A stretch of 62,779 nucleotides of DNA from an uncultured Syntrophobacterales bacterium (GTDB taxonomy: Bacteria; Desulfobacterota; Desulfobaccia; Desulfobaccales; 0-14-0-80-60-11). Of the stretch, positions 1 to 8,642 are shown piece by piece. A program made the translations under genes and the position numbers. The first letter of the stretch is position 1; every line of letters begins with the position of its first letter. Below the pieces are notes generated by a model that was not told the origin of the DNA, ran no database searches, and worked only from the letters and a program-made list of their open reading frames with translations. The stretch lies in assembly GCA_965602785.1 (NCBI GenBank), contig CBFDAH010000003.1:1-62779 (forward strand), read 5' to 3'.

Positions 1-473
1 TGAATCTCATCAGCGGCGACAACTGGCAAACCGTGGCCGCGGTGGCCTCTCAGGTGGGCATCGAGCACACCATGGCCGAGGTGCTCCCCGGGGACAAGGC
101 CCAAAGAATCGCCGAACTCCAGGCCCAAGGCGAAGTGGTGGCCATGGCCGGGGATGGGGTCAACGACGCCCCCGCCCTGGTCCAGGCCGACGTGGGCATT
201 GCGCTGGGCACCGGCGCGGACGTGGCCCTGGAGGCCGCGGACCTGACCCTCATCCGGGACGACCTGGCCCTTATCCCCCAGGCCATCCAACTCTCCCGCC
301 ATATGATGCGTATCATCCGCCAGAACCTCTTCTGGGCCTTTTGCTATAACACCATAGCCATTCCCGCGGCCGCCATCGGACTCCTCTCCCCCGGCCTGGC
401 CGCCCTGGCCATGGCCCTGAGCTCCGTCAGCGTGGTCACGAACAGCCTGCGGTTGCGGAAGTTTGGGAAATGA
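1..473 (+). CDS. Heavy-metal P1B-type ATPase (CopA-like), C-terminal fragment truncated by the window edge
   Basis: Motifs [30 protein letters not shown] and [10 protein letters not shown]. The YN and MxxSS residues are typical of Cu+ ATPases. Confidence 0.9.
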   Translation, partial: NLISGDNWQTVAAVASQVGIEHTMAEVLPGDKAQRIAELQAQGEVVAMAGDGVNDAPALVQADVGIALGTGADVALEAADLTLIRDDLALIPQAIQLSRHMMRIIRQNLFWAFCYNTIAIPAAAIGLLSPGLAALAMALSSVSVVTNSLRLRKFGK

Positions 474-557
474 AGCTTCTTGAGGGGCTGAAAAACAGTA
501 AAGCTATTTTATTAAGGTGCAATCAAATGTTATAGTTAAAATTTAGGTGATAATACG

Positions 558-1275
558 ATGCAAATCATGATTAGGGATTCAAAGGAATTTGGCCAACTTC
601 TCAAGGCTCTCGCAGACGAAATGGTAAGTGCGTGGTTCCATTTTAGGCTATATTCTGATCTTAAATCAGATGTAAATAACTATGTTACTGAGCTAAATCA
701 ATCACTGGCATTTTGGTCTCTTACTTTCCGAGCGCATATAGATACAGTGTTGTCTCGGCTTTGTAGAATTTATGATCAACACAGCTCATCCCTTAACCTA
801 AGGAATTTTCTTGATACTATATTGGCTAATATCAATATTTTTGATGTCGAACATTTTCGAGAACGCCTTAAGGATAATCCATTTGTAGATTCTCTTGCTT
901 CCGGTCCAACTAAACCAGATATAGAGCAGCTAAAAAAGGACATTCATTACGTAAGTGAAGCTAACCCGTCTGTGAAGACCCTTCTCATTTGGCGGAAACA
1001 ATATTATAGTTCATAAAAGTGCAAAGCATGCATCTAAGGACCTTAATCTCCCTAATGATTACCCTCTTAGCTTAAAGAACATCGAGCAGTTATTGAAAGA
1101 GGGAAGGGATATACTTAATCGTTATAGCAATTTATTTCATGCAACCACATACACAACGAAAATTGTGGGTCATGACGATTACCGATATGTCCTAGAGGCA
1201 ATTCGAACTGTCATAAGGCAGTACGAGGAGAAAAGAGCGCTTGAATTGGAGTTATTTCGCAAAAAAGACTCCTAA
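558..1275 (+). pseudogene. HEPN-domain (AbiU2-like) protein split by a +1 frameshift at 996-998
   Basis: ORFs 558-1016 and 1093-1275 join into one 238-aa frame if one A is removed from CGG-AAA-C, restoring WRNNIIVH (RxxxxxH). The gene is AT-rich relative to its flanks. Could be a sequencing error. Confidence 0.7.
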
Positions 1276-1296
1276 CAAGCGCCTCAGAGTTGACCC
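1270..1296 (+). mobile_element. Degenerate attC-like left arm (integron cassette remnant)
   Basis: TCCTAACAAGCGCCTCAGAGTTGAC overlaps the stop codon; a complementary TTAGGT lies at 543-548 just before the start. No clean right arm. Confidence 0.4.
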
Positions 1297-1324
1297 CAAA
1301 TTTCGCATCTCAGGTGTGGGGATC

Positions 1325-1396
1325 TGTAGCCGCAGGCTTCAGCCTGCGTTAAAAGCTATCAACTGGCAAGAGCGCAGCCTAAAGGCTGCGGCTACA
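1325..1396. repeat. GTAG-family REP inverted doublet (REPIN-like)
   Basis: TGTAGCCGCAGGCTTCAGCCTGCG (1325-1348) and inverted CGCAGCCTAAAGGCTGCGGCTACA (1373-1396), each with an internal hairpin. Confidence 0.75.
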
Positions 1397-1419
1397 TTCT
1401 TGATGCGGACCTGGTCTTA

Positions 1420-1573
1420 TCCCCCAAGCCCCCACCCCCAATCCCTTTAGGGCAAAATAAAACCGGGGAGGAGGAGGCTCATGAGCCTCCTTCTCCCCGG
1501 CCACTATGCGGGGGTGGGGAGGGGAGTTTGAGGGGAGGGCGGGGGGCCTCAGGTCCCCCGGCCCTCCCCTCAA
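1420..1573. repeat. GC-rich nested palindromic element (MITE/REP-like)
   Basis: Near-perfect 38-bp palindrome at 1463-1500 and hairpin TTGAGGGGAGGGC...GCCCTCCCCTCAA at 1528-1573, between convergent genes. Confidence 0.65.
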
Positions 1574-1575
1574 TT

Positions 1576-3039
1576 TCACACTTCTCCCTTCACCAGCCGC
1601 TCGTACAGGGCGAGGTACGCCTTGGCCGAGGCGCTCCAGGAGAAGTCTGCGTTCATGCCGTTGAGCACGATTTTCTTCCAAAGTTTTTTGTCCTGGAACG
1701 CAGTGATGGCCGCGTTGAGGGCTTCCAAGAAGGCCTCGGCGGAGTATTCCGTGAACATGAAGCCGGTGCCGGCGCCCTTGGCCGGGTCTACGGGGGTCAC
1801 GGTATCCAGGAGCCCCCCCGTGGCCCGCACCACGGGCACGGTGCCGTACTTCATGGAGTACATCTGGTTCAGGCCGCAGGGCTCGTAGTGGGAAGGCATG
1901 AGAAACATATCGGAGCCGGCTTCGATGAGGTGCGCCAGCTGGTTGTCGAAGGCGATTTTTACCCCCAACTGCCCCGGATACTTGAGGGCCTCGGCGGTGA
2001 GCAACTCGTGATACTTTTCCTCGCCGGTGCCCAGGATGACCACCATGACGTTTTGGGCCATGAGCTCCGGCAGCACTTCGGCTACCAGGTCAAAGCCCTT
2101 CTGGTCGGCCAGGCGGGAGATGATGCCCAGGAGGGGGGCCTTGGCCAGCTTCTTGTCCAACCCGTAGGCCTTCATCAGGGCGGTCTTGTTCCTGGCTTTG
2201 CCCTTCAGGTCAGACGGGCCGTAATTGGCGGTGATGAGCGGGTCGGTTTCGGGGTTCCAGTCTTCATAGTTGACGCCGTTGACGATGCCGAAGAGCGCCT
2301 TGGCCCGGGTGCGCAGCACGCCTTCCAGGCCGTAGCCGTACTCCTCGGTCTGGATCTCCTGGCTATAGCCCCGGCTCACGGTGTTGATGGCGTCGGCAAA
2401 AACAATCCCCCCCTTGAGTAAGTTGACTTTGTCATAGTACTCCAGGCCGTTCATGGAAAAAGCAGACCAATTCAGGCCGAGGAGTGGGAACTGCTCCTTG
2501 GGGAAGAGGCCCTGGTAGGCCAGATTGTGGATGGTGAGAAGGCTTCGGGTCCTGGCAAAGATGGCTTCATAGACCCAGCGATATTTGAGATACACCGGCA
2601 CCAGTGAGGCCTGCCAGTCATGGCAGTGAATAACGTCGGGCTTGAACTCCAGAGCCTCACAGAAGGGCAACACCGCGGAGCAGAAAAAGCTGAAGCGCTC
2701 CAGGTTGTCGAAGTAGTCCCCCTTGGGGGTGCCGTAGAGCTGACTCCGTTCATAGAACTCGTCCCGCTCCACGAAGTAAAAGGGCTGATCACCTGCGGCG
2801 GGAGTCAGGACATTAAAATCCAGGCTGAGGGGCCCGGCCGCAGCCACCAGGCTCTCCGCGGCGCTGACCACCGGGATATCTTTCTGTTTAATCTGCCCAT
2901 AATAGGGCATCAGGACCTTGACGTCCGCCCCCAGTTCCTGGAGGGCATACGGCAGCGTGCCGGCCACGTCTGCCAGACCGCCGGTCTTGGCATAGGGCAC
3001 CGCTTCGGATACTACGAACAGGACTTTCAAGTCTTGCAC
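1576..3039 (-). CDS. glgA: Glycogen synthase
   Basis: Motifs KTGGLADV, HCHDWQ, TIHNLAYQG and EPCGLNQ. GTG start at 3039 follows AAGGAAGG. Confidence 0.96.
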   Translation of the reverse strand: MQDLKVLFVVSEAVPYAKTGGLADVAGTLPYALQELGADVKVLMPYYGQIKQKDIPVVSAAESLVAAAGPLSLDFNVLTPAAGDQPFYFVERDEFYERSQLYGTPKGDYFDNLERFSFFCSAVLPFCEALEFKPDVIHCHDWQASLVPVYLKYRWVYEAIFARTRSLLTIHNLAYQGLFPKEQFPLLGLNWSAFSMNGLEYYDKVNLLKGGIVFADAINTVSRGYSQEIQTEEYGYGLEGVLRTRAKALFGIVNGVNYEDWNPETDPLITANYGPSDLKGKARNKTALMKAYGLDKKLAKAPLLGIISRLADQKGFDLVAEVLPELMAQNVMVVILGTGEEKYHELLTAEALKYPGQLGVKIAFDNQLAHLIEAGSDMFLMPSHYEPCGLNQMYSMKYGTVPVVRATGGLLDTVTPVDPAKGAGTGFMFTEYSAEAFLEALNAAITAFQDKKLWKKIVLNGMNADFSWSASAKAYLALYERLVKGEV

Positions 3040-3128
3040 CAGACACCTTCCTTTCGCTAGCACATAACGTATCTAGTTTCGAGTTGTGATTGTTTAAGAT
3101 ATCGAAATCTTTTTTAAAAAACTCAAAA

Positions 3129-3944
3129 CTAATACCTATACACCAATTCGATGTCGCTGGCCACGAAGCCTTTTTCCCCTTCGGAAAGGGTGAACTCCAT
3201 GATGTAGTCCCGGCTGGGAAGGTTCTCCGGGTGGATGCCGGGAGGCAGGTCCTTTTCCATGAAGAACACCGAGGTATAAGGGGACTCCTCCTGGCGGGTG
3301 TCGGTGAGCCAGAGTTTGCCGTAGCCGTGCATGAAGCGCAGGAACCCGTAGGCCCGATCCAAAAAGTAGGCGGTGCAGATGCCCCGGACCCGGCCGCCGG
3401 TCTCACCCCAGTTGGGCGCCCCGGCGAAGCGGGTGGCCGTGGGTAAAAGCCCCGGCACCAAATAGCCGGGGATGAACAGGTCCACTTCCCGGCGCAGGCG
3501 TGTTGACACGTTGGCAAAGGCCACCAACTCCACCCGGCAGCCCTTGTTCTGCACCATGGTCACCACACTGCCGAAGTCGCCATCCCCGGTAAACAGATAG
3601 ATGAGGTCCAGGCGTTCCGACTGGGCAATAATGTCCAGGGCCATTTCCATATCCAGATTGGCCTTGCCATAGGTCCGCCCTGATTCGTCCGTGTACCAGC
3701 GGATGGCCTTTTCCACCACCTTGAATCCCAAATCTCTCAGGGTGAGGATGAAGTTCAACGTATTTTTATAGGCCGGGTCAGAGGCCGCCCGCTCTTCGTC
3801 AATGGCCACGTAGGCATTGAGGCGGCTTACCTCGTCGGTGTTGTTCCCGGTCAAACGACGGATGACTTCATAGCGCATGCCGTAGCCGCCATTGCGCATG
3901 ATGTTCATGGAATCTACATACACTCCGATTCTGCGATGAGCCAT
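3129..3944 (-). CDS. NYN (LabA/DUF88) domain protein with a C-terminal cold-shock/OB-like domain
   Basis: VYVDSMN, KANLD and TGDGDF acidic PIN-fold motifs; C-terminal GICTAY...YGFL segment. Confidence 0.85.
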   Translation of the reverse strand: MAHRRIGVYVDSMNIMRNGGYGMRYEVIRRLTGNNTDEVSRLNAYVAIDEERAASDPAYKNTLNFILTLRDLGFKVVEKAIRWYTDESGRTYGKANLDMEMALDIIAQSERLDLIYLFTGDGDFGSVVTMVQNKGCRVELVAFANVSTRLRREVDLFIPGYLVPGLLPTATRFAGAPNWGETGGRVRGICTAYFLDRAYGFLRFMHGYGKLWLTDTRQEESPYTSVFFMEKDLPPGIHPENLPSRDYIMEFTLSEGEKGFVASDIELVYRY

Positions 3945-4029
3945 ACTAGTAATCTGTATCCTCCTTCAGAAAAATTGATTTCTACTGACCCGAACCGCAT
4001 CGGCAAGCGGCCATGGGACCGACGAGCGT

Positions 4030-4995
4030 CTAATAGGTGAGCCGCTCCCCGGGTCGGGGCCCATAGGGCTCGGCGTCGGTGAGGACCCGCCCTTTTTGGG
4101 CCAAACAAGTTTGCAGATAGAGCGGCAACTGAGGAAGACAGGCGGCAAACTTCGCCTCGAACCAGCCGAGACCTGTGATGCCCCGGTTCGCCAGGCAGGT
4201 AGCGATGTGGGCAGCGCTGGGCCACGTAAAGTCCTCTCCCCCGGCCACGTGGAAACCGTAGAGGTCCATGAAGCTGGTGACAAAGGCGGCATAGGGCGCC
4301 ACTTCAGGGAAAACGGCCCTCAGGGTCCAGTTGATGTCGGCCATGAGGCGCACCTCCATGCTGGCCGAGCCGGACTGTACGGCCATAAGGCCCCGGGGGG
4401 CGAGCTTCCGGCGGACGAGCTCGTACATCTCCCGGGTGAAGAGCAGCAGGGCCGGTCCCACCTCCAGGGGCTCGGGGAGGTCCAGGACGATCACGTCGAA
4501 GGAGCCGTCCGGCTGGTCCGCCAGCCAGGCCCGCCCGTCGGCGAATACCAGGGTCGTCCGGGGATCGTCAAAGGCGCCGCCATGAAAGGTGGGGAGCCAT
4601 TTTCGGCACACCTTCACCAAATCTTCGTCGATGTCCACCATCACCGCCCGGGTAACCCCCGGATGGCGCAGCACCTCCCGCAGGGTGGCCCCCTCCCCGC
4701 CCCCCATGACCATAACCCGGCGGGGGTCCGGGTGGGCCACCATTACCGGGTGGACCAGGGCTTCATGGTAGACGAACTCGTCAAGTTCCGCGGATTGGAG
4801 GCGGCCGTCCAGCACAAGGGCCTTGCCCCACAAACCGCTCACAAAGATTTCGTATTCCTGGAAGGCGGTTTTACCGGTGACCAGGACTCCTTGCTTTTCC
4901 ACCGCAATGAGCTCTACAGGGCCGTCCCGATCCACGAACCAGTCTCCGGCGGGCCAGTCAGGGGAGTTTTTCTGTCGTTCTTCTGACGTTGCCAT
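4030..4995 (-). CDS. speE: Polyamine aminopropyltransferase (spermidine synthase)
   Basis: Motifs LVLDGRLQS, YHEALVHP, GGGEG, VDID and DVIVLD. Confidence 0.9.
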   Translation of the reverse strand: MATSEERQKNSPDWPAGDWFVDRDGPVELIAVEKQGVLVTGKTAFQEYEIFVSGLWGKALVLDGRLQSAELDEFVYHEALVHPVMVAHPDPRRVMVMGGGEGATLREVLRHPGVTRAVMVDIDEDLVKVCRKWLPTFHGGAFDDPRTTLVFADGRAWLADQPDGSFDVIVLDLPEPLEVGPALLLFTREMYELVRRKLAPRGLMAVQSGSASMEVRLMADINWTLRAVFPEVAPYAAFVTSFMDLYGFHVAGGEDFTWPSAAHIATCLANRGITGLGWFEAKFAACLPQLPLYLQTCLAQKGRVLTDAEPYGPRPGERLTY

Positions 4996-5109
4996 ACATG
5001 TTCTCGTCGGTTAGGGTCGTTAGGGAGTTTAAAGAAAATATCGGGAATCTGCAAGCCCCTCCCTCCAACCCCTTCAGATCAATGGATCCAAGAGCTTTCA
5101 GCGCCTAAA

Positions 5110-5133
5110 GCACGGGCAAGATGCCGATGCTAG
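5110..5133. repeat. Degenerate REP-like palindrome
   Basis: GCACGGGCAAGATGCCGATGCTAG, a decayed CACGGGCAAGATGCCCGTG-type hairpin just 3' of a stop codon. Confidence 0.4.
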
Positions 5134-5134
5134 C

Positions 5135-6295
5135 TTAATGCGCCCCGAAAAACTCTTCCACCGCGGTCGCCACCCGCTCCAATTGCGCCTCGGTCATGCC
5201 AGGAAAAAGAGGCAGGGTGACCAGCCGGGCTGTCACCTCCTCCGTCTGCGGCAGACCGTGGTCAAAATCCGGGGGCCACAGGCTCTGGTAATGGGCAAAG
5301 CGGTGGATGGGGGGATAGTGGATGCTGGTCTGAATGCCCCGTCCTGCCAGGGCCTCCATGAAGCCGGCCCGGTCCGTTCCCGGGGGCAGGACCGCGGGGA
5401 ACAGGTGGCAGGCCGAGGCCTCGAGCTCCGGGGCGAAGGGCAGGGTCAGGCCGGTGATCTCATGAAGCCTCTCCCGATAAAGGCGGGTGAGCTCCCGGCG
5501 CCGGGCGTTAGCCGCGGGGAGTTTTCCGAGCTGGATCAGGCCCAGGGCGGCCCGCACCTCATCCAGGCGATAGTTGTAGCCCAGGGCCGTGACGTCATAG
5601 CTGAAGCTGTGGCCCCGGTGCCGGTCCCAGGTGAGGGTGGTCATGCCATGGGAGCGGGCCAGGCGCACCTTGTCGGCCACCTCGGGATCGCTGGTCACCA
5701 CCATGCCACCTTCCCCGGTGGTCAGGTTTTTGTTGGCGAAAAAGCTGAAACACCCCACGTCCCCCAGAGTGCCCAGGGGTTTGGGTCCGTCCGCGGTGCG
5801 AAATATCGCCCCCGGGGCATGGGCCGCGTCCTCGATGATTTTCAGTCCATGCCTATCTGCCAGCCCACGGATGCCGTCCATGTCGCAGGGGTATCCGGCG
5901 TAATGAACCACCATAATGGCCCGGGTGCGGGGGCTCACCTTGCGGCTGGCGTCCGCCACCGACAGATTGAGATCCCGGGGACCTCCCACGTCCACGAAAA
6001 CAGGACGAGCTCCAGTATAAAGGATGGCATTGGCGGTGGCCACAAAGGTGAGGGCCGGGCAGAGAACCTCGTCCCCGGGCTCTAGGCCCATCGCCAGGCA
6101 GGCCAGATGCAGGGCGGTGGTGCCGTTGGTTACCGCCAGAGCATGGGGCACGCCCAGGAAGCGGGCGAATTCCTCTTCGAAGCGCCGGGTTTCCGGCCCC
6201 ATGGAGAGCCAGCCGGATTTTAAAATTGAGGTCGTCGCCTCAATCTCCTCAGCCCCAATGGTTACATCGGCCAACGGTACTTTCCAATTGGTCAT
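5135..6295 (-). CDS. DegT/DnrJ/EryC1/StrS PLP-dependent sugar aminotransferase
   Basis: Motifs NGTTALH, IIEDAAHA, FSFFANKNLTTGEGG and GYNYR. Confidence 0.93.
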   Translation of the reverse strand: MTNWKVPLADVTIGAEEIEATTSILKSGWLSMGPETRRFEEEFARFLGVPHALAVTNGTTALHLACLAMGLEPGDEVLCPALTFVATANAILYTGARPVFVDVGGPRDLNLSVADASRKVSPRTRAIMVVHYAGYPCDMDGIRGLADRHGLKIIEDAAHAPGAIFRTADGPKPLGTLGDVGCFSFFANKNLTTGEGGMVVTSDPEVADKVRLARSHGMTTLTWDRHRGHSFSYDVTALGYNYRLDEVRAALGLIQLGKLPAANARRRELTRLYRERLHEITGLTLPFAPELEASACHLFPAVLPPGTDRAGFMEALAGRGIQTSIHYPPIHRFAHYQSLWPPDFDHGLPQTEEVTARLVTLPLFPGMTEAQLERVATAVEEFFGAH

Positions 6296-6469
6296 ATCAA
6301 ATCAGCTTAACTTGAAATGGAACCTCACTTGAGACCTCTTAACAAAAAACTTCGAATGGGCAAGGTTAATGGAGCGACAGGCGCCTTCCCCTGCGAAAAT
6401 ACAGCCGAGGGCGGTAATTCTACCTCACCGTCGCTTTAGAAACCGCGGTTGCAGAAGTCTCAACTTGGC

Positions 6470-7459
6470 TTATATGCTGTAAATTTCTGGCTTATAGCGC
6501 TCTGGGTGATCTCGGATAAACATAATAGTTTCTTGAAGCCCTTCCTCCAAACTCACTTTTGGCTGCCAGCCGAGAAGGGCTTGGGCTTTGCGGTTATCAC
6601 ACCAAAGCTCCATCACTTCACTGGCCGGGGGTCTGAGCCTATCCTCCTCATGAACTACCTGCTTTTTTTCCCCCATAAGCCCGATGATCCGCTCCGCTAG
6701 TTCTCCAATAGAGATGGTTGTTCCAGAGCCGATATTCATAACCTCCCCGATGGCGTCAGGGCTCTCGGCAATTTTTATAAAGCCCTCCACGGTATCCTTC
6801 ACAAAGGTCAGGTCTCGGCGAGGAGTTAGTAATCCCAGTCGGATGGCGTCATCGTGCAGACCCTGGCTGATGATGGTGGGAATGACGGCCCGGGCCGATT
6901 GCCGGGGGCCATAGGTGTTGAAAGGGCGGATGATGGTCGCGGGGATTCCAAAAGAGAGATGATAGCTTTCCACCAACTTGTCGGCGCCGATTTTGCTGGC
7001 CGCATAGGGTGACTGGCCCTGTAATGGGTGCTTTTCGTCGATGGGGGTGTATTGGGCCGTGCCGTAAGTTTCACTGGTAGAGGTGTGGACGAAACGACCT
7101 ATCCCGAAGCGCCGGGCCGCCTCCAGAAGATTGAGGGTTCCCAGGCAATTCACTTCAACGAATTGTTTCGGCGCGATATAAGAATAGGGGATGGCAATGA
7201 GCGCGGCCAGGTGGAAGATGACGTCGCAGCCTTCTACGATCCGTAACACTGTAAAGGGGTCGGTAACATCACCTGAAATGATTTCTAGACGCTTTTGAAC
7301 CGATGGGGTCAGCAATTCTAAAAGGCCCCAATCATTGCGGGAATTGTACCGCACTAAAGCCCGGACCCGGGCCCCCAGCTCGACTAGGCGCTCAACCAGG
7401 TGGCTGCCAATGAAGCCACCGGCGCCAGTCACCAGGATGCATTCTTTCTCCCAATTCAT
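6470..7459 (-). CDS. NAD-dependent NDP-sugar 4,6-dehydratase/epimerase (LegB-like SDR)
   Basis: Motifs GAGGFIG, HLAALIAIPYSY, TSTSE, YAASK and RPFNTYGPRQSARA. Confidence 0.9.
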   Translation of the reverse strand: MNWEKECILVTGAGGFIGSHLVERLVELGARVRALVRYNSRNDWGLLELLTPSVQKRLEIISGDVTDPFTVLRIVEGCDVIFHLAALIAIPYSYIAPKQFVEVNCLGTLNLLEAARRFGIGRFVHTSTSETYGTAQYTPIDEKHPLQGQSPYAASKIGADKLVESYHLSFGIPATIIRPFNTYGPRQSARAVIPTIISQGLHDDAIRLGLLTPRRDLTFVKDTVEGFIKIAESPDAIGEVMNIGSGTTISIGELAERIIGLMGEKKQVVHEEDRLRPPASEVMELWCDNRKAQALLGWQPKVSLEEGLQETIMFIRDHPERYKPEIYSI

Positions 7460-7788
7460 CGTGGGCTGCGAGTATTACAAGTTTAGCGTATCTTCAAAAA
7501 ATTATGAGATCTAGCTTAGCACGTTTCCCTGTTGTTTTCTCGAAGTTATTAAAGAACCCCGGCAGAAAAAGCATAACCTCCTGATATAACTATAACTAGT
7601 TGAAGAAAAGGGCAAGTCCCGGGGCGGTGGGATTATAAATAACCAGGATCGGGAAGAGCTCGTCTCCGCAAATATTTCTTAGTACTTGGTCTTGTCTCCC
7701 TTCACCCAGGCTTGAGAGGAATTAGTGTGAAGTTAAGAGGTCTTCGGTGTCCTGAAACCGAGATGATGGCTTACCAGGTTGTCACCAC

Positions 7789-7835
7789 AAAAAAAACCGG
7801 CAGGAAAGAGGGGAGATGGGGGAGGTTCCTGCCGG
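7789..7835 (-). terminator. Rho-independent terminator
   Basis: CCGGCAGGAA, 19-nt loop, TTCCTGCCGG, then T8 on the minus strand. Confidence 0.8.
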
Positions 7836-7871
7836 CGAGGGGGAGGAAAATCTGTGTAGATATCCTCGTAT
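7789..7871 (-). ncRNA. Candidate small RNA (~83 nt)
   Basis: Bounded by a TTGCCT-N17-TATTAT promoter and a 10-bp stem plus T8 terminator; no ORF; C/U-rich loop. Confidence 0.5.
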
Positions 7872-7876
7872 CTTTA

Positions 7877-7905
7877 ATAATAATATAGTTTACCTAACAA
7901 GGCAA
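7877..7905 (-). promoter_or_regulatory. Sigma70-type promoter
   Basis: TTGCCT (7905-7900), 17-nt spacer, TATTAT (7882-7877). Confidence 0.6.
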
Positions 7906-7910
7906 GACCT

Positions 7911-8615
7911 TTAAGGGAGAAAGTCTCCCTTTTTTGATTCGAATTCCTGGGTAGCCAGATGATAGTCTTCATACCGGCCGATATCCAGCCAATATCCGGA
8001 AAAGGAGTAGTAACCAACCGGTTTTTGCGCGGCCAACAAACGCTGCACCAGGTCGGGGAAGTCCAGGTAACTCTGGCCGTTGATGAGACTCAACACCTCG
8101 GGTTCAAAAACATATACCCCCATGCTTACCAGGTGGGAGCTGGTGGGCTTTTCCAAGTAGTCCCGTATACGCCCGTGGCCGTCCTTGATAATGACTCCGA
8201 GATCGATTTTTACCTGACGCTCGTAGGCCCCGATGGTGGCAATGCTCTTCTGGGCCCGGTGGTGGGCAACCAGGTCAGGGTAATTTAAGTTGGTAAGGAC
8301 GTCGGCATTCATGACCAGGAAGGTGTCTGTCAGGCCGGTAATTAAGGTCAGGGGCCCCACCGTGCCCATGGGCTCCTCTTCAGAAGAGTAATCGATTTCC
8401 ACGCCCCAGCGGGAGCCGTCCTGAAAATAGGCTCGAATGAGATCGGACAGGTACCCCACCGCCAGAGTGATGCGGCGAAAGCCCTGGGCCGCCAACTGGC
8501 GGATGACGACCTCCATGATGGGCATGCCGCCTAAAGGCACCAGAGGCTTGGGAATCACCTCCGTCAAAGGCGCCAACCGCACCCCTTTGCCTCCTGCTAG
8601 AATAACCACGCGCAT
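7911..8615 (-). CDS. Sugar-phosphate nucleotidyltransferase
   Basis: Motifs LAGGKGVRLAPLT, PKPLVP, VMNADV, EKP and WLDIG. Confidence 0.92.
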   Translation of the reverse strand: MRVVILAGGKGVRLAPLTEVIPKPLVPLGGMPIMEVVIRQLAAQGFRRITLAVGYLSDLIRAYFQDGSRWGVEIDYSSEEEPMGTVGPLTLITGLTDTFLVMNADVLTNLNYPDLVAHHRAQKSIATIGAYERQVKIDLGVIIKDGHGRIRDYLEKPTSSHLVSMGVYVFEPEVLSLINGQSYLDFPDLVQRLLAAQKPVGYYSFSGYWLDIGRYEDYHLATQEFESKKGDFLP

Positions 8616-8642
8616 CTGTATCTTTTCCTCGAGCAGGTCCCC

